Made by a program: the position numbers and the translations under genes. A stretch of 64,000 nt of DNA from Elsinoe ampelina (lineage: Eukaryota), in assembly GCA_010093995.1 (NCBI GenBank), contig ML992501.1, positions 1,987,320-2,051,319 on the forward strand, written 5' to 3'. The notes under the pieces are model-generated. The model was not told where the DNA came from. It saw only the letters and a list, made by a program, of their open reading frames with translations, and ran no database searches. This document shows, piece by piece, positions 24,962 through 36,398 of the stretch (positions within the stretch are counted from its first letter, which is position 1; every line of letters begins with the position of its first letter).

Positions 24962-26329
24962 ATGGCCGAGGTTACATCCAATCCCGCAAAAACGCCACTG
25001 GATGTCAAAGATGAGGAAAAAATTGTCGAGCAAGTCGCACCGCCACCGTCTACGGCCGCTGTAGTAGCACCAGAGTACGACATTCCGGATGGAGGATATG
25101 GCTGGGTCTGCATCGCTTGTGTGGCAATGGTCAACTTCAACACTTGTATTGAGCATGTTTTCATTTGGGGAGAAATAGACTGACAGTCACAAGGGGGTTG
25201 CGCCACGAGCTACGGTATCTATCTCGCATACTATTTGAATGCAAACATCTTTCCTGGAGCAAGTGCTCTGGACTTTGCTCTCATTGGCGGTCTCCAATTC
25301 GCAATATCCATGCTGCTGGCACCCATTGTGACACCGACCTCACGAAGACTAAAGACTCGACCCACCATGGCTATCGGCATTGTCATCATGTCTCTTGGCT
25401 ACATCCTTGCTGGCTTTGCGAATGGAAGAGTATGGGTCCTGTACCTCACCCAGGGCTTCATGGTTGGCAGCGGCCTCTCCTTCATTTTCGTCCCTGCAAG
25501 CGCCGTTCTGCCACAATGGTTCTGGCGACGGAGGACCATGTCGGTTGGCCTGACGAGTGCCGGTGCTGGACTGGGCGGACTGGTATACTCCTTGGCCACA
25601 GATCCCATGATCAGGAACTTGGGCCTACCTTGGGCCCTTCGCATTACTGGCATCGTAGCGTTTTGTTGCAACACAGTCGCTACCATCTTCCTACGCGATC
25701 GCAACAAGATCATCAAGCCCACTCAGCATGGCTTTGCTGTTTACTTACTCAAGAGGAAGAGGGTACTGCTTCTACTCGGACATGCATTCTTCGTCATGCT
25801 GGGTTACATTTCTGTTCTATATTCTATCTCTAGCTTTGCATTATCTCTAGGTATCGATCAACGACGAGCAAGTCTTGCGACAGCTTTCCTCAATTTGGGC
25901 ACCACACTTGGTCGTCCCTTTGTAGGACTGGCAAGTGATCGTTTCGGGCGATTCAAGGTCGCCTTTTGGTGTACATTCGTCAGTGGCATTCTCTGCTTCG
26001 CCCTGTGGCTGCCCACCAACTCCTATGGTCTACTGGTGTTTCTGACCATCACGATCGGTTTGATCATGGGTTCTTTCTGGACAACTATTTCTGCACTGAC
26101 AGCAGAAGTTGTTGGAATCAAAGAAGTTCCGTCAGCCCTCTCTTTGGTGTGGCTGTCGATCGTTTTACCAACAGCCTTTTCTGAAGTCATTGCTTTGTAC
26201 CTCCGCAAGCCACCTGGATCTAGTCGCCAATACCTCTATGTCCAGATTTTCTCCGGTCTATCTTACTTTGTCTCGGCAACTTTCATGCTCATCCTTTGGC
26301 GAACCAAGAAGGCGCCAGCTGGTCCATGA
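24962..26329 (+). CDS. MFS monocarboxylate transporter-like protein (MCT/Mch family)
   Basis: IPDGGYGWV, LYLTQG..VG.G, LPQWF..RR, GAGLGG and SDRFGR motifs. One intron near 25146-25192. Confidence 0.92.
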
Positions 26330-26339
26330 ATTCCAGTCT

Positions 26340-27840
26340 TCATATCTTCGTATTGAAAGACGGACCGACCTTTGCAAAGCGGCAGGTGATGAGGAGGACC
26401 AGTCCCAGAGCCATCGAGACACCAGCCCACAGCTGTGCACCCAGGAAATCGCCATTTCGAATCCTGATCAGCTCGCCAGCGATTGGTGGTCCAGAGAGTA
26501 CAGCGAACGAGGCGACGAAGAAGCCCATCCCCATGCGGGTCCCTCTGACTCTTATGTCGGGAGTGAGGGTCGCCAGCATAGCAGGGAAGAGACTCTGTAT
26601 AGCTGCCCCACCAATACCATATAAAGCGGAGAAGACATACAAGCCAGCGACGTCTGTTACTACTGTCCAGACCAGGAGCATGATGGTCGCTAATACAACA
26701 ATGGGGATCAGAGTACTCATTGGTCCAAGATAGTGATCTGCGATTAGTCCGGGGATGATCCGAGCTGGTACTCCAATAGCCACCATGACCAGCAGCAGGT
26801 CGACTGACTGCTCGTACGGCAAGCCGATCTCGGTCCGCCCAAATACGCCAACCTGAGCATGTCAGAATTGTAGACAAGAATACTCTGCAAATACTCACAT
26901 AGAAGAATGCAAAATATACTGCCCAAAAAACAAAGAACATGGCCCCAACAGCCACCAAGAATGTCCGATCCTTGAACGCCGTCGTGTCCACCCAAGGCCC
27001 AGTCTGCCTAGGTGGCAACCTCCACTTCATGATGAACACACTCATCCCATTGAACAGCAAAACAATAAACGCCACGACCCGCACCGCCCACCCAAACCCC
27101 ACCTGCGGCACCAACTGCCTAATCACACTAGGAAACACCAACCCACCCGTCGCCGCCCCACTCGCCGCCATAGCAATCGCCACAGCCCTCTTCCTCTGGA
27201 AATACGTACTCAACAACGCCGTCATGGGCGTGAACGACAGCCCTGCCCCGACCCCGAAACAAATCCCCTGCGCCATCACCAACTGCCAGAACTCCGCGCA
27301 AAGACTCGTCATGAAAACCCCGAGTACCTCGAGGAACAAACCGGCCCAGACGACGGGGTAGAAATAGCCTCCGTCGGTCAAGCGGCCCGACGCGATGCCC
27401 ACGAAGAAAATAAGCGTGACTTGTATCGAGCCGATCCAGCTGACTGTGCTCTGCGGCAGGTCGGGGAGGAGCGTGTCCGTGTAGTAGGTTTGGTACGCGC
27501 CCCAGGACATCACGGTGCCCCAGCATGAGGACATGGCGAGGTGGCAGGCCAGGACTTGGAGCCAGGCTTGGCGGCCGCCGTCTGGGGGAGGGGTGATGGG
27601 GAGGGTGGTGGGGACGCGGGTGAGGGCGGAGAGGGTTTGGGTGAGGGTGTTGGTTGGGGTTTTGGCGAGGGGGAGAGTGGACGGGGGGAGAGGTGGGGGG
27701 CCGGGGTGTTGGGAGGTGGTGGGCTCGGGGTCGGGGAGGTTGGAGAGGGAAGAAGAGGTGGTGTCGTTGTCGCTGTGGTGGTAGGCCTCCTTGGTGGAGG
27801 CTTTTTCAAGGTCGTGGTCCATGATGCGGGTGGTCGACAT
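26340..27840 (-). CDS. MFS monocarboxylate transporter-like protein (MCT/Mch family)
   Basis: PPPDGGRQAWLQV, SWIGSIQ, STYFQRKR and, after one intron, GTRMGM...GPPIAG. Confidence 0.92.
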
Positions 27841-29464
27841 GGTGTTGGTCCTTGGGCTTGTAATTGGTACGCTGTTTGTGAGGGTCAGTAGACGAGGCTG
27901 TCAGAAGCCTGAGTTTATGGAGGAAATGCCATGTGTGACTCAAATGGTCACGGAATTGGATGAAGCCGTGAGATGAGGACTTGGCTATGAGATATACTCC
28001 GAGGTAGCGCGCCCTACGATCCCCTCAGGATGAGATCGACAACAGCGGGGTACCTGGCTGAATACCATGACATGTACTCTTGCTGATATCGCATCATACA
28101 GGGTGTCGCAGGTTGGATCTACCTGCTGACATGCTAAACGATATTCGTCCACCATTCAACAAAATGATGCAGAGATCAATTGCTCCAATGGCCCTAGAAC
28201 AAGCTTTGATCGCAATCTTGTCAAAAAGTCTGGTCGATGATGACTCTCTCCGGTAATAAGCTGCTGTCGGAAATAAAGCTCCGGATATCGGAGTTCAAAG
28301 TTGCTGACACGGTTTGACCTCCTCCAACGCATCGCACTGTCAACATGGGGCCACGCGCCCATCCTAGGCGCGACAATAGAGCCACGCGACGGTACAGTAT
28401 ACAATTTCCCGCGCTCTAGATGGTTAGGAGGCACCCGCGAGGTCGTGTGGTGGACTACCAGAGTACACTGGAGAGTAGGTCCGGAATCACCTTCCATAAG
28501 AGTCATCGAACCCGACATCACTCCGTCACCAAATCTGCACAGTCGACCACTTAGCTTACAACTTCAAGAGCTCCGATACTGTTAGATGTGATGCCTTTCC
28601 ATCTGGCGTCACACATGCCAGATTCTGTCCGATAGGGTCGAAAACCAACCCCCGACCGAATCATGGATGCATCATGAGGTACTTCCGGCACGATCGACAT
28701 GGCCGATCTCACTGAGAATTAGCTATGTTGGACAGTGTCGATGACCAAGCATTCTGTAGGGGTTCCACGGTATATGTCTCTGAATGAAGGGCACACCATG
28801 CAGCTTTTCCCGGCAGACACGAGATTCTGCCTGACAGACCAGCTATCGGGATGCAAATAACATGAGATACCGATCGCATAAGCTGTGTCGAACAGCGGAC
28901 GCTCTCGAGCCTTATGAAATGGCACATGCGGTCGATGCCGTGCGACCACCTGAGTAGCCGGTTGAGCTGACCATCAGCATGCCGGTCTGGATCCACGATG
29001 CTTCTTGATCCAGTTTCTGACGGACGGATACCCATTGGCTGGTCTGCTCAACGGTCGTCAGCATCGTGGCTGGATTGGCTGATTTGGCCCGATTAGAACG
29101 ACAATTTTTCGCTTGCTCTTCTCACAACAACGACAGAACAACTTTGCTCATCAATCACGATCTGGTGATACCTCGCGGGGACTTGATTGTGACAAACTTG
29201 CACAGTGCGGAAATATTCGTGCAGCTTCGGTCCGATATCAAGCTTCGTGGTTTATCTTGGCCGTTGTGCTTGTTCTTGGACGTTGCGAGTGAAACCATCT
29301 ACAACGGTCCATCTCGGCCAGACTCTGATGCTCGAGCCCGATATCAGGTACAAAAGGCCGGTCACAGTCGGTCTTCTCGATGCCCACACAGTGCTCGTTG
29401 AGTCAACAAGGTGCCAATCCTTCTTCTTTGGTAGTCGAAAGAACTTCACCAGATCTCCCTAAAC

Positions 29465-30376
29465 ATGCATTTCACACTCCTCGCACTCCCGGCGTTTGCC
29501 ATGCTCGTCAATGCGGTAACCACGGAAGAACCGAGCACCACTACAGCCGCGCCAACATCGGACGATCCAGTCACATTAGAGGACCGAGCTTCTGCTGTCG
29601 ATGCTATACTGTCTGCGATGAAATTCCAGTACTCCAGAGATCACCCCGCAACATCTGCAGCAAAGCCTACGGCAGTAGCCACGACAAAGAAGCCAGCCAA
29701 CGCCAAGGGCGGGAAGAAGACTTCGTCCAGTAAGAAGGGCAAGAAGCAACCTAAGAAGACACCGAAAGCTTCCAAAGCCTCTTCTACCGGAAAGTCTGAA
29801 AGCTCCATCACAGTCACCACTGAAGTCGGGCCAACCACGACGGTGAGCATGACGCCTACAGTCTCCAAGGCCAGCAAGATCCGTCGCCAGAATGTCAACA
29901 ACGCCTGCGCACAACAGCCTATATTGTACACATACACACCCTCGGTACCTGCGGCTGCTGCAGCCACGGATGTGATTGCCCCAATTGGTGCTTTCCTCCG
30001 CGACACCAACCTCATCAATTCTGCCGCCTCGGTCTCCACCATCGACGGCTTCACCACCATCTTCAGTGGTCTCCTCGGCGTGGCTCAGAAGCCTCTCTAC
30101 TACATGTTCTACACGGACATGTCCTCTTACAATGCCACTGCTTGTGGCGAGATCTGCAAGAACACCAATGGCTGCAGGAGCTTCAATATGTACTTTGAGC
30201 GCAGCCCCAGTCTTGCACCGGCGAGCTCCTGCCCCAATCCGAATGCATACACAGCAGTCAGATGTGCGTTCTACAGTACATTCATCAAGGCGACAGATGT
30301 GGTCAACAGTGGTCAATGGAGGCAGGACTTTGGTGTGGTCATTACTGGAGCGAACGGCTACAGGAGAGTATTCTAA
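29465..30376 (+). CDS. Secreted protein with Thr/Lys-rich pro-region and C-terminal Cys-containing apple/PAN-like domain
   Basis: Signal peptide MHFTLLALPAFAMLVNA, dibasic KIRR site, then C..IC....GCRSFNMYFER.P....CPNP....C.FY...GQWR..F.VVITGANGY. Confidence 0.8.
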   Translation: MHFTLLALPAFAMLVNAVTTEEPSTTTAAPTSDDPVTLEDRASAVDAILSAMKFQYSRDHPATSAAKPTAVATTKKPANAKGGKKTSSSKKGKKQPKKTPKASKASSTGKSESSITVTTEVGPTTTVSMTPTVSKASKIRRQNVNNACAQQPILYTYTPSVPAAAAATDVIAPIGAFLRDTNLINSAASVSTIDGFTTIFSGLLGVAQKPLYYMFYTDMSSYNATACGEICKNTNGCRSFNMYFERSPSLAPASSCPNPNAYTAVRCAFYSTFIKATDVVNSGQWRQDFGVVITGANGYRRVF

Positions 30377-30623
30377 GCTTTAGATAAAGCCATCACATGT
30401 ATATACCCATAGATTCCTTCTCTTCTCAGCTTTTATATGGCACTTTGCCCGCATTGCCCTCATACTGCCGTCTCCCTGTGCATGACCATTTGCCGGCCCT
30501 CACCGCCCGGCAGTTTTCCAACTGCTCAAGAGCTCATCCATCGCCATCTCTGTACCTATTACCTCAATGACCACTTCTCCTTTCAAGCTACTCATTACCT
30601 ACCTCCTTGGCGTCATATCGACC

Positions 30624-31658
30624 ATGTTCGCTATCCGCTCCGGCGCTTTTAATAGCGCTCTCGCCACCAATGTCTTCCGCGGAGCTTCGACCCGAGCCTT
30701 CCACGCTTCCCGGCCAAGTCTTGTGAAGGTCGGAGATGCCATCCCAGGTCAGCATTCATTTCCATAGTTCCTTGACGACCACATCCATCTACAATGCCAC
30801 TTCTACAGCAGAACTCACGCCGTTCTGGGGCTCTCATTCTATCCCGACTCAACGTGAATTCCGTCTTGAGCCCGCTCCTGACCACAAACAGATATCGAAC
30901 TCCACGAATCCTCCCCTGGTAACAAGGTGTCGCTGGCCAAAGAACTCGCCTCTCCCGCCAAAGGTATCATCATCGGCGTTCCTGCCGCCTTCAGCCCAAG
31001 CTGCTCCGCCAAGCACGTCCCGGGGTACCTCAACAGCGACAAGCTCAAGGACGCAGGCAAGGTGTTTGTCGTGAGCGTGAACGATGCTTTTGTGTACGTC
31101 TCAGCCTTCTCCTATATTTCTACAAGTTATCTACCACCCCTCTCCATACTCGCCACCAAGATTTTCCCCGCCGCACCCGAGCGCAGCATCCTCCCCATCC
31201 CTCGCCCCTATTCCTTCCGCGGCTCCTCACGTGCTGCTTGCCACATACACGTCCCTGCCGCTTCCCTCCTCATGCATCACGACACAAGCCTTTTGATCAA
31301 GCCAGCTGATCATCGCAGGATGAAAGCCTGGGCCTCAACCCTCGACCCTTCAGAAAAGTCAGGCATCCGCTTCCTCGCCGACCCAGCAGGCAACTTCACC
31401 AAAGCCCTGTCCCTTGACTTTGATGCTCCAGCTGTCTTTGGTGGAGCGAGGAGTAAGCGCTATGCACTCGTGATTGAGGAAGGCAAGGTGAAGGAGGCGC
31501 ATGTTGAGCCGGATAATACAGGGGTTTTTGGTGAGTACCTTTTCATGCATGATGGGAGAGAACAGGGGTGGCAATGGGGTTAGGAGATGAGGTTGTGAGA
31601 ATTGGGCTGACAAGTCATAGCGTCGACGGCGGAGAAGGTACTTGGGGCGCTTGCTTGA
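30624..31658 (+). CDS. Prx5/Ahp1-like peroxiredoxin with mitochondrial presequence
   Basis: MFAIRSGAF...RAFHASR presequence, PAAFSPSCSAKHVPGY, VVSVNDAFV, RFLADP and RSKRYAL. Introns 30748-30891, about 31094-31318, and 31531-31620. Confidence 0.92.
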
Positions 31659-31850
31659 GGGGCTTGAGGGTCGGACATGGGGGAAGGGTCAATGGCATAT
31701 CAAGAATGGTGTTTGGTGCAGACTGTGTGCTCTTCAAGTCTACTAGATGAGTTACTTGCGCTTCCTATGAGGTCGACCTCTTTCAAGTTTCCTCGTCCCG
31801 ACCTTCGAGGTCAAACGATCTGCACAATCCGCTCTCAGATTCACCTGCTA

Positions 31851-34800
31851 TCACCCCTGCTGCGTCGTGATCACCGTTGTCTCCTCCTCTGTCGTGTCTG
31901 CTGCACCTCGTCTCACCGTCTTGATGACTTTCTTTACGGTTGTGGTCGTGGTCGTCACTACCGTCGTCGTTGTTGTCTCCGTGATCGTCTGCTCTTCCTC
32001 GGCTGACTGGACGGTTGATTGGCTGCTATTTGGCGGAGCTGCTGCGGGCTGCGCCAAAGCTGTCAGTGCTTGAGATGGTCCAGGAGCAGTGGCTACGGCT
32101 TCAGCGCTTGCTTGAGATGACTCTGGTCTGTCGGGCTGCAGAGTAGGGCTTCGTGGGGCTGTTCCTCTTGCAGATGAGGGGAAAGTAGCGATTGTTGCCG
32201 GTGCGATCGAAGGGCTTGGACGATCTCGGTTTGGAATACTGTGTGTTTCGGACCTTGTCTCCTCCAGCGCTGGTGTAGTACTTCGCATCCGACTTGTGGC
32301 ATTTGCTATCTGTCGCGGTGCACTGGGCGGCACACCGATTGAGGAGGTCCGTGGATGCGTCAGTCCTTGCTGGACGGGCATGTCGTGGCCAGCGGTCGTA
32401 ATGGGAGGCGCTCTCAAAAATTGTTGGCTTCGATGCTGCGAGCGAGGGATTCTGTGCCTTAGACCATCGTCAGTCGATGTATCTGTAAGATCTGGCGCTT
32501 GTCTTCTGGTATTTAGTCGTAGGTCTCCGAAAGGTCTAGGCAATCGTGTCTCCAAGCGATCGATCTGAGCCATTGACGATCCAGCCCGCCGATCCTTCTC
32601 AATGTCACGAGCAATGCCTATCGCCGCCTCAGAAGCCAACCCGTATCCATTGGCAGTGTTAAATTCAGTGAGGACACGGGATCCTTGCTCCAGGCGCTGC
32701 ACTAATTGAGACTCCTCCTGGCAGCTCTTCCGCCACGCATCTTTCAGACTAAGACCCAGAGCAAAGGCAACGTTTCTGTGAACAGAGTTACCAATGATCT
32801 TCCACTGCTGTTCCCGGCCCCCGAGGATGACCTCGTGGTCGGGAAAGCCTTGCGCACGTCGAGCTTCCATGACCGTGAGCAGTCTGTTCTGATTAGGATG
32901 AATGCATGTTCCAACGAAAGCGTCGATGGTATGTAATCCGGTCGTGATAGTCGTGATGATCGTATCTGGCTGTACCCTACTAAAGGACTTGCTATTTGTG
33001 GCTGACCGAGTCTTGTTGCTAAGCCAGCGTTGTGCCTGCGGTTCTGGTATCTTGCCTAGTTCATGCGCCTTCGCAAGACCCATTCCACGTGGATATTGAG
33101 GAATCAAAGGTATCAGCCTCCTTTGCTCGTGCGACAAGCGAGCTCCACCTTGTCTGTGATCTGGGAAAGGTATACAAGTGTATGTGTGACCGTCACCAAT
33201 GTCCGGTAGGTCCTTGGTCCCCTCATGGAATGTAACAGTCTCGAATGGCGCAAGTTCATCTTGGCTGGCGCCGAAGCGCTTACCATTCGCGAGGCTTCCT
33301 AGAGATGTGACGCGGAATTGCTCAGTGTCCGGTCTTGAAAGATGGCTTTGCGGCGGTCGAGCAGGTGGTGTCAGCCCAGGTGCGGTTGCTGTTACGATAA
33401 CTCGACGTCGAGATTGGAAGCTACCGTATGATGGAGCGTCGAGGATATGCTGCTGAAGCTGGTATCCGAGAGCTACTAGGGTGGCGATGATCTTCCGCAT
33501 CATGCTCTGATCCTCAGACACACCTTTGGCCACGCTTGAGATAGCAACCACATTCTCAAGATAGAAATAGTAGGGCATGTAGTGCTCGACGAACGAGAGT
33601 ACACATGCTATCAAAGATGCATGCTTAAGGGAGCGGGAGGACTCCTTATCGGGCTGAAGGATCGAGAATGATTGACATGGGCTGCCGGCAGCTATAAGCT
33701 CGATGTCGCCGATGTTGGCTCTGGGATACGTCGTTGGCCCTGCTTGGAGGGAATCTTCTAAGTATTTCTCCATTGGACCAAGGAAGAGGTTTGGAGGGTG
33801 ATTTGGATCCGCGTTGGCTCGGTAAGTGTGCAGCGCCAGGCTGTCAAAGTCGATGGCGTGCTCAAATCGCACTGCTTGCCCATCTTCAAGCCCTCGATCG
33901 AAACTGCCTCCCCCGCAACATATACCTAAGCCTCGGAGTGGACGAAGCGATGGCGACATTTGGCGGGGAAAAGGGTTTGGATCTTCAGCGTGGTAGATGT
34001 AGTAAAACAAGTCGCCAGCTCCACCTCTTCTAAACACTTCGGCGACGTCGTCGACGTTGCTAAATCCTTGAACTTCACAGAGACGGACGTGATTGTATGC
34101 AGGGGTCTCGATGTACTCTTCTGTCCATAGAAGTTCGTTCGGTGGCGCAGTTGGCTGTTTCGTCCTAGCACGCCTCAGGACTCGCAAACGAAGCCTGTGC
34201 GAGGTGTATAGGAACGACATTACCTGTCCAGGCTCGAGGATACTGTCTATATCACGACCGGTGTCAGATTCGAGATTACCAGTGCGGTATAAGATGAAAG
34301 ATCCAAGCGGGTAATCTGCAACTGCTTCTGCAAAAGGATGGGGACTGTAGTCCTTGCATCTGCAAGAGAGATGCTCTTGTCGAAATGTCGCAAATTCGTG
34401 AGAGTCAGTCATATATGTCTGTCGCACCACATAAGCCTGTTCTTGAGCAGCTGTCGCAAGATCATGATTTCCCCAGAGCACATCCGCCCGTCCTAGCACG
34501 TCTTGCAGGTCGTAGGCATCTCCACCACAGGAGCAATTGTCGGAGAGGAACAATTCGTTCTGGAACGGATAGAAGGACTGCCCGATCGATGTGTCTGATG
34601 GCCGATAGAGCCATAGCAGATCGAGCTTTGTCCGGCCAGACTTCAGCGTACGGACCTTTTGCACTAGAGCCAACCACGTTTCTTCCGTGGTAGACCACTC
34701 TGAGCGTTGATCTGGACGAACATAGACTACATCTTCTGGTTTGACTGACTTGGCTGCTTGAGGTGTGGGAGCTGTCCAATCGACGCACATTGTGCTGGCT

Positions 34801-35825
34801 GGGATCAGCTTGAGAAGCTTACGCCTGTGTGCTGTAGTGCTACGGAGCGAAAGACTTCTATCCTGGACCTTGAGAAAACCGTTGAAGCTCATCTTGTTAA
34901 ACAAGTTGTGGATGAAAGGCGTTACGATAGTGCTGTCCTCGCTACGCTTATGCTGTGGGATAGCATTCAACCTGTTTTGATCGGTCTCTGCCCAAAGTGG
35001 ATGACGATCTGTCTTCTCATCGATATCGTATGCCTCCTTCCAGAGGTAGTGTATATTTGCTGCGATTGCTGAACGGAAGTCCTCCTTAGATCCGTACTGG
35101 GAAAGCCAGTCACGGACGCATTTAGATCTGCCGAACGACTCTTCCAACCACTCACCAAAGTCGCGGCGGAATTGAGCAAGTCCAACTGTTTCTCTCGATA
35201 GCATGAAATCAAGCGAGTACTTGGCTAGATCTGCGATCCACAGGAAAGCTTCGTGGTAGCGGAAGTACTCGGCAGAAGGACAAGTCAGACGGTACCATAC
35301 GTTATGATTGGAGGCCATGTCGGATTGAATGCATATGTTAGGCGCCACTGAAGGGATGTGTGTTGATCCGTAACCGTGTATGGCAAGAGTGCTGAAGTCA
35401 ATACCTTGTACACGCATCTCGCGGCCGTCGATACATAGGCTGCCATCGAAACACAACGTGTCTACCCCAATCTCGACTTTCAGTGCATGGAGCGAGGTCA
35501 TCTCATTTGGCCTGATTGACGCATGTGGAGACCGATATATGGTGAAGTCCGTGATGTTGACGACTCTGTACTGCTGGTGGCTGATTGAGGGCAAGGTCCC
35601 GAGAGCATCTGCTTCGGACCAGATTGACTGTCCCAAAGATGAGTTGTCGAATGCGGATCTAGCTATCGTTGCATGAAGATCTCGAAAGCCAGCGAAGATC
35701 TTCTTTCGTGGTAAACATGACGGGGCAAGGTCCAATTTGCGTTTGCCATGTGTCTCATGACGCTGTGAGCTCGTCACATCGTCGGCCCCCAAGGGAGATC
35801 GCGATGGAGAGGGCGACTCTGACAT
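31851..35825 (-). CDS. dim-2: C5 DNA cytosine methyltransferase, DIM-2-like, with BAH-type region
   Basis: Intact 1324-aa ORF with WLYRPSDT...NELFLSDNC (BAH-like), motif I GICCGGG.F.RGLE, motif IV GSPCQSFS, motif VI LENV, motif VIII QSRRRVI, RAQGFPD and QWKIIGNSV. Confidence 0.88.
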   Translation of the reverse strand: MSESPSPSRSPLGADDVTSSQRHETHGKRKLDLAPSCLPRKKIFAGFRDLHATIARSAFDNSSLGQSIWSEADALGTLPSISHQQYRVVNITDFTIYRSPHASIRPNEMTSLHALKVEIGVDTLCFDGSLCIDGREMRVQGIDFSTLAIHGYGSTHIPSVAPNICIQSDMASNHNVWYRLTCPSAEYFRYHEAFLWIADLAKYSLDFMLSRETVGLAQFRRDFGEWLEESFGRSKCVRDWLSQYGSKEDFRSAIAANIHYLWKEAYDIDEKTDRHPLWAETDQNRLNAIPQHKRSEDSTIVTPFIHNLFNKMSFNGFLKVQDRSLSLRSTTAHRRKLLKLIPASTMCVDWTAPTPQAAKSVKPEDVVYVRPDQRSEWSTTEETWLALVQKVRTLKSGRTKLDLLWLYRPSDTSIGQSFYPFQNELFLSDNCSCGGDAYDLQDVLGRADVLWGNHDLATAAQEQAYVVRQTYMTDSHEFATFRQEHLSCRCKDYSPHPFAEAVADYPLGSFILYRTGNLESDTGRDIDSILEPGQVMSFLYTSHRLRLRVLRRARTKQPTAPPNELLWTEEYIETPAYNHVRLCEVQGFSNVDDVAEVFRRGGAGDLFYYIYHAEDPNPFPRQMSPSLRPLRGLGICCGGGSFDRGLEDGQAVRFEHAIDFDSLALHTYRANADPNHPPNLFLGPMEKYLEDSLQAGPTTYPRANIGDIELIAAGSPCQSFSILQPDKESSRSLKHASLIACVLSFVEHYMPYYFYLENVVAISSVAKGVSEDQSMMRKIIATLVALGYQLQQHILDAPSYGSFQSRRRVIVTATAPGLTPPARPPQSHLSRPDTEQFRVTSLGSLANGKRFGASQDELAPFETVTFHEGTKDLPDIGDGHTYTCIPFPDHRQGGARLSHEQRRLIPLIPQYPRGMGLAKAHELGKIPEPQAQRWLSNKTRSATNSKSFSRVQPDTIITTITTGLHTIDAFVGTCIHPNQNRLLTVMEARRAQGFPDHEVILGGREQQWKIIGNSVHRNVAFALGLSLKDAWRKSCQEESQLVQRLEQGSRVLTEFNTANGYGLASEAAIGIARDIEKDRRAGSSMAQIDRLETRLPRPFGDLRLNTRRQAPDLTDTSTDDGLRHRIPRSQHRSQQFLRAPPITTAGHDMPVQQGLTHPRTSSIGVPPSAPRQIANATSRMRSTTPALEETRSETHSIPNRDRPSPSIAPATIATFPSSARGTAPRSPTLQPDRPESSQASAEAVATAPGPSQALTALAQPAAAPPNSSQSTVQSAEEEQTITETTTTTVVTTTTTTVKKVIKTVRRGAADTTEEETTVITTQQG

Positions 35826-36398
35826 CGGCTTGTGGTATCAATTGATGTTCTCTAGAGACTGTACGCATCGATGCTGGGCAAGTCTCCTTCGACCAGGTTG
35901 GGGAGAAATCAAGTGAGGCTATCATGAGTGGAAGCATACTCCGGAGGTGAGAGCCCAGTTTCACCGCGCAGAAGATGCTAGAATATGGATTTTACATTGT
36001 CAAAAGCCTGCATGGCAAAATAGACATGTGAGACGCTACCTGCAATTCCCGCATGTGAAGAAACGACATTCCGGAAGACTTTCTGGTGTCCGAAAGTCAC
36101 GTGACAAACACACCATCATTTTGACAAGTTAGAGACGGTCCACGAGTATTTAGATCAATATTAATCAATGATTATGCAATTTGACTACGGTTCATGCTGA
36201 TTCTCGGTACATCCCTGGCCACGCCTTGCCCAAATACTATTCGCCGGCTGCAGCACCAACAGCACACTCAGCTTTACCGCATCGGATCCTGACGTAGCTA
36301 GATACGGCTTGCAACAGTGACTGACTCCTCTTAATCCCGTAGTACTGTACGCTCCTGTGAAATCTGTCCTGGACGCAACTCACAATGGTCCATGGTTC

